A DNA stretch of 62,533 nt, filler included, from Basidiobolus ranarum (GCA_040143965.1; 39 parts of 39 records of this genome joined end to end with filler, not necessarily neighbours in it); one strand, 5' to 3'; counted from the whole stretch's first letter, positions 11,275-24,143 are shown. The notes: generated from the sequence alone by a model not told the origin. Numbers and translations are program-made.

Positions 11275-12040
11275 AATTCCCTTGTTGTAATAATTCTATC
11301 CAAATTTTCTACAGAGGGTTGTTCAGTAGTAGGCAAAGAAGCCATTTTGGAAGTTGATGGTCTTGACGGTGTTTTGGTTGAACTTTGCTCAACTATTGAT
11401 TTGGTACATAATTGGGGGATTACAATCTTTTGACTTGCACTATTATTGGGAAAATATGGGCTGGTTGGAGGAACTTTAGAAAAGTGGAGTTGTGAGTAGC
11501 TTTGTGAGATAATTGTTTATTGTCAAGAAATAAAGCATTTATAATTTTTGGTGGAAATACAGAAAACTAAGACTAGGGTTGTGTTCAGAACATCTGTGGG
11601 AGTAAAATGAGCTATTTTTAGGGCAATTTGGACAAGTTTGAAATTTCCAATATGGAATTGCTAATTCTCATATTATTCACATATGTATTTAATATATGTT
11701 CTGATTTTCAGCTAAGTGATATTTGACTAAGTAATGTTAACTAACTTATATATGATATATGAAATACTTAGGTGTATAAAGATAGAGATAATAAATATGA
11801 TAAAGACAATAAACTTCAACAACTATTGCTGGAAAGGAACACATCTGGTAAATTGATTAATGCTTCATCATTACTTGAGTTAGTTTCTGGAATGTTAATG
11901 CCTTCCAAAGTGGATAGTGGATTGCTAGACTGCTCATCAATTAAGTCCTCTGTTCTTGCTGGTTTTTTTCCTCTTGTGCCAGCAGGCTTTGGCTTGGAAG
12001 CCAATTTTGACTTAGATTTTGAGCGCTTTTTGAATGGCAT
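11275..12040 (-). mobile_element. CMC ORF2 5' part (basic N-terminus), interrupted by a solo LTR
   Basis: MPFKKRSKSKSKLASKPKP...; continues past the LTR as in the uninterrupted copies at 51888 and 62059. Confidence 0.8.
11444..11821 (-). repeat. Complete solo LTR, family C (378 bp), 5-bp TSD ACTAT
   Basis: ACTAT at 11439-11443 and 11822-11826; removing the LTR restores the ORF2 sequence. Confidence 0.93.
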
Positions 12041-12251
12041 TGAAATTTTCAGATGGTAAACTTGGTGTAATGAAATTGCTTAGAAACAGCATATAATAAA
12101 CCAAAATTGCCATCCATTACTGGAAATATCTTGTAAATCCCCTGATGACTCATCTGTGAAACCATCTCAGAATCACCTCATGACATTGATGGGCTAAACC
12201 TAAAATACCACCCTTACATGGGAGGTGCTCTTTTTCTACAATACCCTTCTC

Positions 12252-12783
12252 ATGCCGCAACACAAACATTTAAAGAAGCCCTGCTATTGTTGTCACAAAT
12301 TCTTGTGCTATGAGAGCTAAAGGCTTCATAGAAAAAATAATCACAAGCATGGTCACTGTACAAAGTCACCAGCTGCACAACGCCTGGTGTATAACAACAG
12401 TAATAAGTACACTAAATCAACTTTAGTTTTGCCCATTGAGTCCACTGACTGTAGTTGGCCTCAAAGTTTTGGTAACACTGCCAAATGTCAAGATACTGTG
12501 GAGTTACCACAGTTATATGAAAAGAATGGTTTAGGTCAAAATGCAACTTTAGTCAAACTAGTAAGTCCAGACAACTTTGAGGACTTGCTGCTAGATATTG
12601 ACCTTAGTTATTCCAGTACCAATGGTAGTATATCAGAAGTTGAAGAAGAAGATGATGGTTTTGTTATGGACTCTTTGTTATTGGCAAACATTAGTCCACT
12701 CATAACACTTACTGTAAAGGAAGCAGCTGTGATTATTGAGGAGTGGAGAGTTCAATCCAATCTTAGCAACCAGGTGTTTATTG
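12252..12783 (+). mobile_element. CMC transposase N-terminal region
   Basis: MPQHKHLKKPCYCCHKFLC...IIEEWRVQSNLSNQVF; joined to the CPNGC Transposase_21 region in contigs 61034-62533 and 43414-44917. Confidence 0.8.
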
Positions 12784-12883
12784 NNNNNNNNNNNNNNNNN
12801 NNNNNNNNNNNNNNNNNNNNNNNNNNNTTAATTAATTAANNNNNNNNNNNNNNNNNNNNNNNNNNNNNNNNNNNNNNNNNNNN

Positions 12884-13556
12884 TAAAGGCAAGCAAAAAG
12901 CCGCACAAACACCACAAAGCTCCCTCAGTAGTGTCACACTACAAGGATGTGTGAAAATAGTAAAAGTAATTGAGGAGTATTTTCAAAAGTATGAAGGGAA
13001 AGACACAGTGCAAGTATCCAGAAAGTTGCTTCAGAAGAAGAACATTCAACTTGACTTTCAGTCAGGTGTTGACCATGCAGATATTTGGGAAGAACTTCAT
13101 ACAGAGTGTCACAATATTGCAGGGTTTCTGCCAGATAGCTGGAAGAATGTTGATTCAGCAATGTTAATACAATGGTGGGCTTTGATGGAGATATTGATAC
13201 AAACTTGTGTTGGATATGAACTAAACCTTGGATATGAAGAACTCTGTAAAAATATTCAGCAGAATATATCAAAGGAACAAGGAATTCCAAAGGTGACAAA
13301 TTAGAATTCAAGTGGTAAATGTGTAAAATTTGAGTTACATTTTTTGCACATGCATTAATCCATAGTTTGCAAAAACTGTAGCCAATCATGTGCAACTATT
13401 TTGCATGATCTTGAAATTTCACTCCTGAAACTGAAGAAATTGATTAAATTCAAATCTAACTTGATGATTTCATGACATTAAGTAAATGGTCAATCACAAA
13501 TGAATTAAAATTGTGTTGGTTTTCCTACAATAACAATCCTCAAATTTCTGTTAAGG
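12884..13556 (+). mobile_element. CMC ORF2 C-terminus (stop 13304) and terminus A
   Basis: Open frame ending KEQGIPKVTN; about 250 bp later CCTCAAATTTCTGTTAAGG. Confidence 0.78.
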
Positions 13557-14183
13557 TACCATTTTGTTTGCCATGGGGCAATCTGTTTGAGCAATGACAT
13601 ATCTACTTGAGGTAGGACATTTGTTGACTACAAATTGCAAACATTTTGGCAGAATTCTTTATTGAAATTTGCCAAAATGCAAGAGCTTATTATCATTGTT
13701 ACATTAATATGAGTCAGCTATTTGCCCTGTGTGAGTTCTATTTCTGAAAATACTCCTCAACTACTTTTACTATTTTCATATGTCTCAATAATGTGACACT
13801 ACTCAGGGTGCTTTGTGGTGTTTGTGTGGTATTTGCTTGTCTTTAATGTCAGGTATAATTTAAAAACTTTAAAAAGTACTACTTGAGGTTGGAGAGCCAT
13901 GAGTTTTATTTGCTGGTGTTTTGGCTTGTTGAGAGATGCCAGGTGTTGGATAAACTTCCAAATTGAAAACTCTCTCAACCAGTGTACCTGGTTCCATGGT
14001 GAAACTAAGCTTTTTTGCCAGTATATCTGACTCTGGAAATGCACATCTTGGTAATGTTGTGAAGATTTCAGTAAGTGGGAGAGTAGAGCCTAAACTCACT
14101 GGCTCCTTTGCTTTTCCCTTTGGTTTACCAACTTCCTGCTCCTTGAGTACTTCTTTAGCTGCTTTTCTTTCTTTTCCAAGTCT
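13557..14183. mobile_element. Further CMC fragments: transposase C-terminus (+) fused to ORF2 middle (-)
   Basis: 13560-13740 matches 6545-6730; 13745-14183 matches 59005-59333 and 12884-12995 inverted. Confidence 0.7.
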
Positions 14184-14989
14184 ATGATTGTCATGATTCT
14201 TATCTTGGCATACTGTTCCACTACAAATAGAACTTCTCTATTATTAGATTATGACATCATATCTGCTGTGCCATCTCTTCTTGGCAATCTTGTGTTAGTT
14301 CATCCAGATTACCATATATGGAAGTCATGTTCTTTGGAACATTCCACAAAACCTAACCAATCATGTCATCCCACACATAGTGTATTTATGCCNNNNNNNN
14401 NNNNNNNNNNNNNNNNNNNNNNNNNNNNNNNNNNNNTTAATTAATTAANNNNNNNNNNNNNNNNNNNNNNNNNNNNNNNNNNNNNNNNNNNNATCGCAAG
14501 AGTCTTTAGCAAAAGAGATAGTGTAAGAATAATAGCAGCATCTAGTAGACACTCACATAGCCATGCAGATGTATCTTTATATATTAACAGTACATTCTTT
14601 GCCTTTCAGGCAATCCGGTGGCAAATGAAAACACTGTGCATAGGATCCAGATGCCCCAGGTGTCAGCAATATTTCTACTTCAATCTTGCTCAAAAGTGCT
14701 TTGGCTTCAAGGATACTGTTGCCCTTTTTCAGTTCCATAGTCAAAAAGCACTAAAGTTAAGGCTGGCAGCCTTGATTTTGGCCATCAGACCTGAGTTGTT
14801 ATGAATATTACATTGAAGTGTAAGTAATATAAATCTATTAATTTCCCTTTCCATATCAAGCTGTTTTCATGCAATTGACAAAATTTTGGTACATTTATCC
14901 CCACAAGATTAATAGTTCTTTCTCTATATTAAATTTGTAAGCACTATATGATATTCCCAATAAAGATTCTGAAAGCCTAACCATAAGTT

Positions 14990-15950
14990 ATACCAGTGAA
15001 GTTTAAAATGGCAGAGTGCAATCCAGTATCTAACTCAATGGAGACAAATCTTAACTGGACAAAATATGGCTTAAATCAGATATTTTTGGATTCAAATGAA
15101 AGCCAGAAATTTTCTTAGCAATGTAAGGTTGGTAGTTTAATATATATCATGGTTGGAACATGGCCAGATATTGCATATTCTGTAGGAGCTATGTGGCAAT
15201 ATCTTTAAAATTAAAGGAATGATCAAATCATTGCAGCTAAGCAGATTCTCAGATATTTGAAAGGTATTGGGGATCTGGGCTTAAAATACATAAATTCTGG
15301 ATCAAACTTTGATCAGATGGGATATTCAGATGCAAATTGGGGAAGAGATATTTAAGACAGGAGATCTACAAAAGGATACTTATTTCTTTGCTGTAATGGA
15401 GCTATTTCTTGGAATTGAAAGAAACAACCTATCAAAGCACTTTAAACAACAGAAGCAGAATACATGGCTGTCTTTGGAGCAACAAAAGAAGTAATATATT
15501 TAAAAAAACTCTTAACAGATTTAGGTTATTCTCAAAATTCACCAACTACAATATTTCAAGATAATCAAAGATGTATCAAATTAGCTAAATATCCCATGTT
15601 TCATAATAGAAGCAAACATATAAATATTAAGCATCACTTCATTGGAGAGATTAAAGAAAATAAGTTTATTGACTTAACTTATTGCTCAACAAAAGACATG
15701 ATGGCTGATATATTAAGCAAACCATTAGCTAGGCAGAAATTTGAGCAATTTAGACCTTACTTAGGATCAGTTTATACAAGTATTTAGTTGAGGGAGAGTG
15801 TTGAAATTAGCATTGCCTAAACATCTATATAGCCATATATAGCTTAGTATTTACGTATCATATATTTCACAAAGATGTTATCCATTGTTCTCAATTGGAA
15901 CTGCAAATATTTTTACCAACTTAGAGGTTCTCTGATATATAGATTTCCAT
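14990..15950 (+). mobile_element. Copia RT C-terminus/RNase H, PPT and LTR-A start (15799)
   Basis: GTWPDIA, YSDANWG, FQDNQRCI, RSKHINIKHHF, MMADILSKPL; GAGGGAGAG|TGTTGAAATTAGC. Confidence 0.93.
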
Positions 15951-16820
15951 AACGTTTACTCAAGTATGATATAGTGGACTTCTATATAATTATCAAAGAA
16001 GNNNNNNNNNNNNNNNNNNNNNNNNNNNNNNNNNNNNNNNNNNNNTTAATTAATTAANNNNNNNNNNNNNNNNNNNNNNNNNNNNNNNNNNNNNNNNNNN
16101 NTTATATTGAGATAGGAGGTATATCAAACTTAGAACACTGATTTGGTGATTAAACAACACTTACCATAACATCTACCAATATATTAGCGTATAGATTGAT
16201 CCAATGCTAATTACAAAAGCCAACTATAAAATGGTTACTACTGATGGTGATAAAATGACTCGTGCTACGTGTACTCAAGTATATTACTGGAAAGGTGCTC
16301 ACAGGAATGGCACTAACTCACGTAAAGACTGTCTTCATTGTCAATGCAAGTGGAGTATCTGGATATTGATTGATGGTGGATTTGTTTGATTCTTTAAATT
16401 ATGGGATTGTGTCAATGCTACATACAGTTTAGCTTATGTGGGAGAACTGACGGTAGACTAGGTTAGGTTGTTGTATAAAATCGGGATGGGAAGTAAACAA
16501 GTATTTTATTTTCATTACTTATTGAAGCATTCATTGAATGCCCTTTTGCCTTGTCTGATTGGTGTATTATATTGTCGTGTAGATAACTGTCTTTTGAATA
16601 CGAACATGAGATGGTTGAGGCAATGCTAACATTAATATCATTACCTTTAAACCTACTAGGGCCTCTGTAGAAGAAATCAATAGAATTGTTCGTACTTTGG
16701 AGCTTTAGATGGTTTATTGCGTCATGCTTGATATTAATGAATACAAAGTAATTATCTGCCGAGGGCAAATGTATTAGCAAGTCATGTATCTTATTCTCAA
16801 TCAATAATGTTCACTAACTG

Positions 16821-17086
16821 TCAGGGTATAGCGTTTGATGAGCCTGTACCATCTATTTCCTGTGCATCGTTACTCTCATTGTGGAACTCTGAGTCTGATG
16901 CTTGAGACTGTAAAGTATCTCCAGAGCTAAAATTGTCTCCAGGTGGTGTTGGAGAAACATCCATGCGAACCTCAGAATCCTGTGGCATTTCATTCCCTCC
17001 TGGTGTAATATCATTCACTCCATTAGACCAAGAAGCGACAACTTCTCCCTGGTCAGATTTTATTCCACTACCTTCAACTTCAAAGC
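16821..17086 (-). CDS. Possible terminal exon of an unknown host gene (acidic/Ser-rich)
   Basis: Open frame FEVEGSGIKSDQGEVVASWSNGVND... after a TAG acceptor-like site; no family recognised. Confidence 0.3.
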
Positions 17087-17942
17087 TAGGTAATGAGTAT
17101 ATGGTATGCTAATCTTATCTCTAATCACATCTACTACACCTTGATTCAGATTTGTATATGGTATATTTGTATATGGTTCGGAATAGATGATTTACACCAA
17201 TTTACTAGCGGTTTTTGAGCTAAGGCTAATCCATCCTTGAACATGTATAGTGCGGCATAAAAACACTCAAAAACATTCAGGTAGCTAGAGATTTTAATGT
17301 ATCATATCTAATTGGTGTATCGGTTGATATGATAAGATGCGTGTGACTAACAAACCTTACTCGATAAACAGCGTTAGGGAAACAATATTCAGAGACTCTT
17401 CAGGGGTTAGGGTTAGAGACTCTTCAATATGTTACCTCTAGAAATTTTATTATTTATTGTGTATATCATGAGCAATCACTCTCTTGCAAAGTTTCTGCGA
17501 CACATTCACTTGATTTCACACGTCGAAGTTGTAACCCAGAGTTAAATACCGCAGTATATTTGCATTTCCCATCCGAGCATTGGAAACTGCGAACCCTTGG
17601 TGGTAAAATTNNNNNNNNNNNNNNNNNNNNNNNNNNNNNNNNNNNNNNNNNNNNTTAATTAATTAANNNNNNNNNNNNNNNNNNNNNNNNNNNNNNNNNN
17701 NNNNNNNNNNATATAAGGCTAATAAAACTGGTTTTGTCTTATCTGACCTGAAGTAGATATTATAGTCAGCATTACTACAACTTTTGTACTAGTATTGATA
17801 TAGTAACATATTATTCAGTTATTGCACAAAAATGAAAATCACATACATTTAAGGATCACTTTTCCATGTATATGAGGCAATTCTCATAGAATGAAAGTCA
17901 TCATTAGCATTTCTCTTGAATACTGTCCATCTAGTATTGACT

Positions 17943-18430
17943 ATGTTCATAACGTTTACTACATCACTTCTCCTTCTTGGCATTTCTTCTACCATAATGG
18001 CTCATATGGAATTGGTAGATCCTGCTCCTTGCAAGTCAAAGTTCAACCCATTCTACAAAGGGGACTTGGTTGACTATGACATGTCCGCTCCACTCAATGA
18101 TGGGGTAAGTGAATCTCTATATACTCTCCTCGTTCATGACCAAGGCTGTTTATGCTGCTGAGGCCTCTTGACCCTGTATTCCTGAAGTAAATGGATTCCA
18201 TAGGATATAGAGTCAGAAACATATTCATCAACCAGTGGATGTTGTCAGTGCCACAACCTCAGACCCAGCTCCAGCCAGAGCCTAAGCAATCCTCCTCAAA
18301 ATGTGAGATCAAATGCCTCGGTGGACCAGACTACCAAATCTGTGGTAATGGTGGAGCCACACCCTTCCGTATGAAATGCTCACCTGGTACTAACTGTCAT
18401 ATAGTTGATGGCCAAGCTGGATGCTTCTAA
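17943..18430 (+). pseudogene. AA11 LPMO paralog, catalytic core missing, with Cys-rich CBM19-like tail
   Basis: Signal peptide, then His1 HMELVDPAP (18003); GTAAGT donor at 18105; only about 200 bp to the CEIKCLGGPDYQICGNG...CSPGTNC tail. Confidence 0.65.
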
Positions 18431-18806
18431 GTGCTATAAGATTTACTTTTATTAACTTGAATATTGTATGTACTCATTTAGACCGGCGAGATATCAGTGT
18501 ATTTCATTGTATAGAGATCTTTTTCAACATAAATATTTAGGAAATGAATTCCGATCTGTCCATTCATTATCAAATAAAGCAACCATGTTGTAGTGATATA
18601 TTTACATCGTGCAAATCACATCGTTGATCATTTGAAAACTCCTATTACAACGAAGGAAGATCAAGCAGGGGGGTAAATTTCATACAATTTTACTGGAAGG
18701 ATATGCATTGTTTTTCATTAATTTAGGAGTAATTCACAAGCACCTCTATAAAGAGCGAAGATCACTGTTCTTTCCCCCGATTAACCGGCTTCGGCTACCA
18801 TCATAT

Positions 18807-19219
18807 ATGTCTTTAAAATTTTTGACTTCCACTTTTTTACTTCTAAGCAGTTGTTCTATCATTATGGGACACATGGAGATGGTGAACCCCACTCCGCGTA
18901 GATCAAAGTATCATACGGTGAATACTAGTAATGAAATTGATTATGATATGACCTCCCCATTAGATGAAGAGGTGAGATTTAATAATACTATATATCTTCA
19001 AATGATAGTTCGCTAACGTATTATATCACTATAAACCTATACAGAGACCATATCCATGCCGTGGCTACGGAGAAGGTCCAAGTGTTGCAACATTCACTCC
19101 TGGCAACTCCATCCGAGTCAAGTTGGCAGGCAGTGCTTCCCATAACGGTGGCCACTGTCAATTCTCACTCTCTATTGATGGAGGAAAAACAGTTGTCGTA
19201 ATGAAAACAGTGAGAGGGG
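18807..19219 (+). CDS. AA11 lytic polysaccharide monooxygenase, 5' fragment, intron 18972-19044
   Basis: Signal peptide, then HMEMVNPTPR; GTGAGA...GCTAAC...CAG intron; exon 2 in frame RPYPCRGY...GSASHNGGHCQFSLS; TATAAA upstream. Confidence 0.88.
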
Positions 19220-19319
19220 NNNNNNNNNNNNNNNNNNNNNNNNNNNNNNNNNNNNNNNNNNNNTTAATTAATTAANNNNNNNNNNNNNNNNNNNNNNNNN
19301 NNNNNNNNNNNNNNNNNNN

Positions 19320-20827
19320 TATTTGACTAAGTAATGTTAACTAACTTGGATGTGATATATGAAATAGTTAGGGGGATAAAGATAAATATAACAAATATGA
19401 TAAAGACAATAAACTTCAACACTTCAGACCAGATAGGACAAGACCAGTTTCATTAGCCTCTTATGTGGATGATATTATTATAGCAACCAATGATTTAACA
19501 ACTTTGGAGAGAACTAAATTCAGCTTATCTGCCAAATTCTAAATGACTAATCTTGGTGAAATGACACACAATCTTTAAACCCAAATTAAGATGGATGGTA
19601 CTACCAAGACAATAACAATAAAAAGCAGTTGAAGTATGTCCCAGATATACTTAAAAAGTGTAAAGTGCAAGATTTAAACCAATATCTACCTCAATGGAGA
19701 CAAGTCTTGACTGAACCAAAAATATACCAGAACAGACATTTGTGGATGCAAATAAATGCTAAAAACTTCCTTATCAATGTAGGGTTGGTAGTTTCATGTA
19801 TATCATGGTTGGAACACAGTCAAATATTGCATATTCTGGAGGAGTTGTGTGCCAATATTTTAATAATGATGGATTCAATCAAATCATGGCAGTTAAGTGG
19901 ATTTTCAAATAATTCAAAGGTACTATGGATTTGTGCTTAAAATACACATATTCTGGATCAAACAATAATATGATGGGATATTCAAATATAAATTGTAGAA
20001 GAGATATTCAAGACAGGAGATCTAACACTAGATACTTATTTCTTCGATGCAATGGAGCTATTTCTTGATACTGAAAGAAATAACCTACCTTAGCACTTTC
20101 AACAACAGAAGCAGAATATATGGCTGCATGTGAAGCAACATAAGAAGCAACATAGTTAAGAAAGCCCAAGCAGATATAGACTTTTCTCAAAATTCACCAA
20201 CTCAACATTTCAAGATAATTAAAGTGGTAGTAGATTAGCTAGAAATCCTACATCTCATAATAGAAGCAAGTATGTAGAAATTAGACATCATTTATGAGAT
20301 AGACTCTAGAGAATAAGCTTATTGATTTAACATATTGATCTACATAAGGTATGATCACTGATATATTAATCAAACCATTAGCTAGACATAAATTTGAGAA
20401 ATTTAGAGCTTCCTCAGTAATAGCCTATATGACTATTTAGTTGAGGGAGAGTGCTGAAATCTGCACTGCCTAAGCATCTATATAGTCTCTAGTTATCTTA
20501 TATTTCACCAAGTTATTACCTATTATTCTGTTGAAGTTTATTGCCTTCATCATATCTGTTATCTCTATCTTTATATACCAAACTATTTCATATATCTTAT
20601 ATAAGTTAGTTAACATTTCTTAGTTGAATATCACTTAACTGAAAATTGGAACATAATTTTTATATGTATGAGAATAATGTGAGAATTAGCAATTCCATAT
20701 TGGAAATTTCAAACTTGTCTAAATTGCCCCAAAGATAGCTCATTTTACTCCCACAGATGTTCTGAACACAACCCCAGTGTTAGTTTTCTGTATTTCCACC
20801 AAAAAGTATAAATGCTTTATTTCTGGA
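19320..20827 (+). mobile_element. Decayed copia RT/RNase H with PPT, LTR-A stub (20452) and LTR-C pieces at both ends
   Basis: YVDDIII, ALSTTEAEYMA, DILIKPL; TGTTGAAGTTTATTG at 20529; inverted LTR-C end at about 19421. Confidence 0.9.
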
Positions 20828-20927
20828 NNNNNNNNNNNNNNNNNNNNNNNNNNNNNNNNNNNNNNNNNNNNTTAATTAATTAANNNNNNNNNNNNNNNNN
20901 NNNNNNNNNNNNNNNNNNNNNNNNNNN

Positions 20928-22435
20928 CTTGAAGTATATGCAGTGATCAGCTTTGCTACAATGGAAAAGATGTTTCATGAAGATCTGATTGATTTTGGTA
21001 TTCCATGCACAAGGAGCCTGTTTCAGACCATATAGACTTCTCTGTAGTTTGCATACTTGATTTTCTTTTCCTTTTGCAATATATCCCTCTGGTTGATCCA
21101 TGTATATCATCAATTTCTCCATTAAAAAATGCTATATTGACATCCATTTGTTCAATCAGCATTCCTTGGTGGGTAGCAATGGCTAGGATTACTCTGATTG
21201 AGATAAATTTAGCATTGGGAGAAAATGTTTCATCATAGTCAATGCCATATTTCTGAGCATAGCCTTTTACTACTAATCTTGCTTTGTACCAGTTGATAGA
21301 TCCATCTGAGTTAAGTTTCAGTTTCAGCAACCATCTATTACCGATAGTTTTTCTTCCAGTAGGTAAGTCCACAAGGATCCATGTGTTATTCTTGATTAGG
21401 GAGTAAATTTCATCATCAGTGGCTTTTCTCCATTCTGTCACTTCATCAGATTTCAGAGCTTGTGTCAAATTTTCTGGTTCACAAAATGCTATATGTGTAG
21501 CTCTATTCCACCCTTTTTCTGAATTGAAGCTGTTAATTTTATGCTTTGATTTGAGACATCCAAAGTCCTTGGTAGAATGGTCAGATGTTTCACTTACAGG
21601 ATATTTCTGATTTCCACTCAGTAGGATGTCTGAGACATGATTGCCTGAATTTTGTGATTGATTGAATACTTGTTGTGATTGATTGCATACTTTCAATAAT
21701 TGATGGCATCCAATATCAGCCAAATTGAGAGTAAGATATTTCTTAGGTATGTGATTGGTCAGAAAATTATTGCCTTGTTTCTGAGCCCAATTTCCTGCTT
21801 CCTGATTGGCTGGAAAAATATTCTTTTTCTGATCACCATATTTTTTATTGGCAGAGATAATATGCAGATTTCCAGAAGCCAATTCCAAATTGCTAGTATC
21901 CTCAGAGTAATTATCAGGTTTTCTGGTATAAATTGGTGCATTTCCAATGCTGCCTGATGTTTCACTACTTATATAGGTGCTTGATTCCAGAATATTATAT
22001 AATAGTTTGTTCTCCTTGGTTTCAGTACTTGTAGTGAAGTTTGAGACAGGATTATTGCTTGTCAGTTTTCTGCTAGGAATATTCACCACAGGGATTGGTA
22101 ATGATTTGAGCTTTGTCATATATTCATTGGTGGCTGATGTTTTAGATCTTGTCTCAGATGTGATATTTTCTAAATCTGGATAATGATGATAGATAATTTC
22201 AGATTCCAAATCTGGTCTAATTTGAGTATCTATTTCCAATGTATCATTTTCCAAGTTGGTTTCTGTACCTGTTAGCTCAAGATTGGTTTCAGAACTTGTT
22301 AACTCAGAATTTGAGTTATTGAGAAATTGATTTTCAGCCAAAATCAAATTCCCTTGATTAGAAGATTTGAGATTTTCTTCAATGAATATAGTATCTCTGG
22401 AGTTGATGATTTGATTTGTGCCAGCAATTAGGAGA
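20928..22435 (-). mobile_element. Copia integrase tail, linker and RVT_2 reverse transcriptase
   Basis: SRDTIFIEE, NNTWILVDLP, YKARLVVKGYAQKYGIDYDETFSP, QMDVNIAF, LYGLKQAP. Confidence 0.95.
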
Positions 22436-24143
22436 NNNNNNNNNNNNNNNNNNNNNNNNNNNNNNNNNNNNNNNNNNNNTTAATTAATTAANNNNNNNNN
22501 NNNNNNNNNNNNNNNNNNNNNNNNNNNNNNNNNNNTATATATCACTCTTATATCTGTACATTCATACACTTACTGTAGCTAAAATCAATGTCATCTCCGA
22601 ATTTGTTCTAATATCAACAACTGTTTGTGTCTAATAGCAAGGTTCCAATGATAACATGCTTGATCATAGCTAATTGCCTGATCTCTCAAACGGAAGGGTG
22701 TCACTTTCATGTAGATTGGAGTCTCCTCAACCTCTCCATGTCTGATATCCATCTCATCTTCAACGTTGTGGCTACCATATCTGCGGATATCTCGTTCAAC
22801 GGAATATCTTGCTTCTTCACCTAAAGTCATCTGATTCATATTAAGTATTACCATATCCATACTTTGACACATTTCCGATCAATCTAATATGGAGTGGAGT
22901 GAAATGGAATGAAGTGCAATAGGTTTGTGATTGGGTTGAGTAGACACACGAGAGGCGGATGGCAAGGAGTAAGGATTGTTTGGAGAGAGTAATCGAGTTA
23001 CTTGGTTTTACTGCCGCTTTGGCAAGATGGCTTATTCAATGAGAAAAGTTAAGCTGAATAAAGTTGAAACTGAGCACCCAATGATTTGACGGAGCACAAT
23101 ACGTATGTGAATATACAGATATATGTATATATATGTATGCGTGTGTAAGATTGCAATGAGTGACTAAGTGATTCTTGGTTAGATTGACTATATGTTGTGG
23201 TGGCTGGAGCAGAATTGCGAATTTGCGGTTTGTAATGCTGAAGATTAGTGAGTACGAGATGCCATACACCCACACACATATATATATATATGCAAGGATA
23301 GCCTGTACACCAAATCGAACCTGGTCAGTGCCTAACTTCGATGGATCGAACGAAATGATGAGTGTAATTCGTCGTCATGATGCATTCGTAAATGGCACTA
23401 AGCTACACTTCGTAAGCAATTGGTTAGTGACTAGCAAGAATTGAGCATAAAAGCGTGTGTGTGAATGTGAGTGCCAGTGTGTGGAGAGTGAGGTGAGGTG
23501 AGGTAAGTGAGATGCTAAACATGACATCAGGATTACTATAAAAGCTAGCATTGGTGGATTAGTGTTTGTTTGAATGATTCAAGAATGAGAATGTTGTAAT
23601 GGATTGCATGGTTAATCCATCATCAATTAGGAATGGTTCGCCCTAGAACTTGGGATACACATTGCATCGAAGTGAGTCTAAACAAAAGGAGACAAGGTGA
23701 GGTTGAGTGATCAAATGATACAATGGTACAATCTGCATATTGGTCTCAGTTTGTTTGCTATCGTTATTGATGTCTTTTTTTGCTCATCATGATTGGTGAA
23801 GGTGATTATGGCAGTGATCATAGTGATGATTGTGACGGCTTCAGTGGTGGAGGGAGTAACGCGGAGGGAGAGTGATAATGGTAGTGGTAGTGGCAGCAGC
23901 AGCAATAATGAGAGGTATTCAAATGGATGTTGTCAGATCCTTCGCATGATTCCACGTAATTGGTGCACAACACACACTACTGCTCTGGAGGCTAATCACC
24001 AAACTCGATTATTAACAGCAGTCTTGTTACCTGGGATTACGCTNNNNNNNNNNNNNNNNNNNNNNNNNNNNNNNNNNNNNNNNNNNNTTAATTAATTAAN
24101 NNNNNNNNNNNNNNNNNNNNNNNNNNNNNNNNNNNNNNNNNNN

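Noticed and set aside
12934-13395. Antisense ORFs over CMC ORF2, MBL and sulfatase (also 37323, 39111, 51845)
   Set aside because: Shadows of the coding strand with no recognisable motifs
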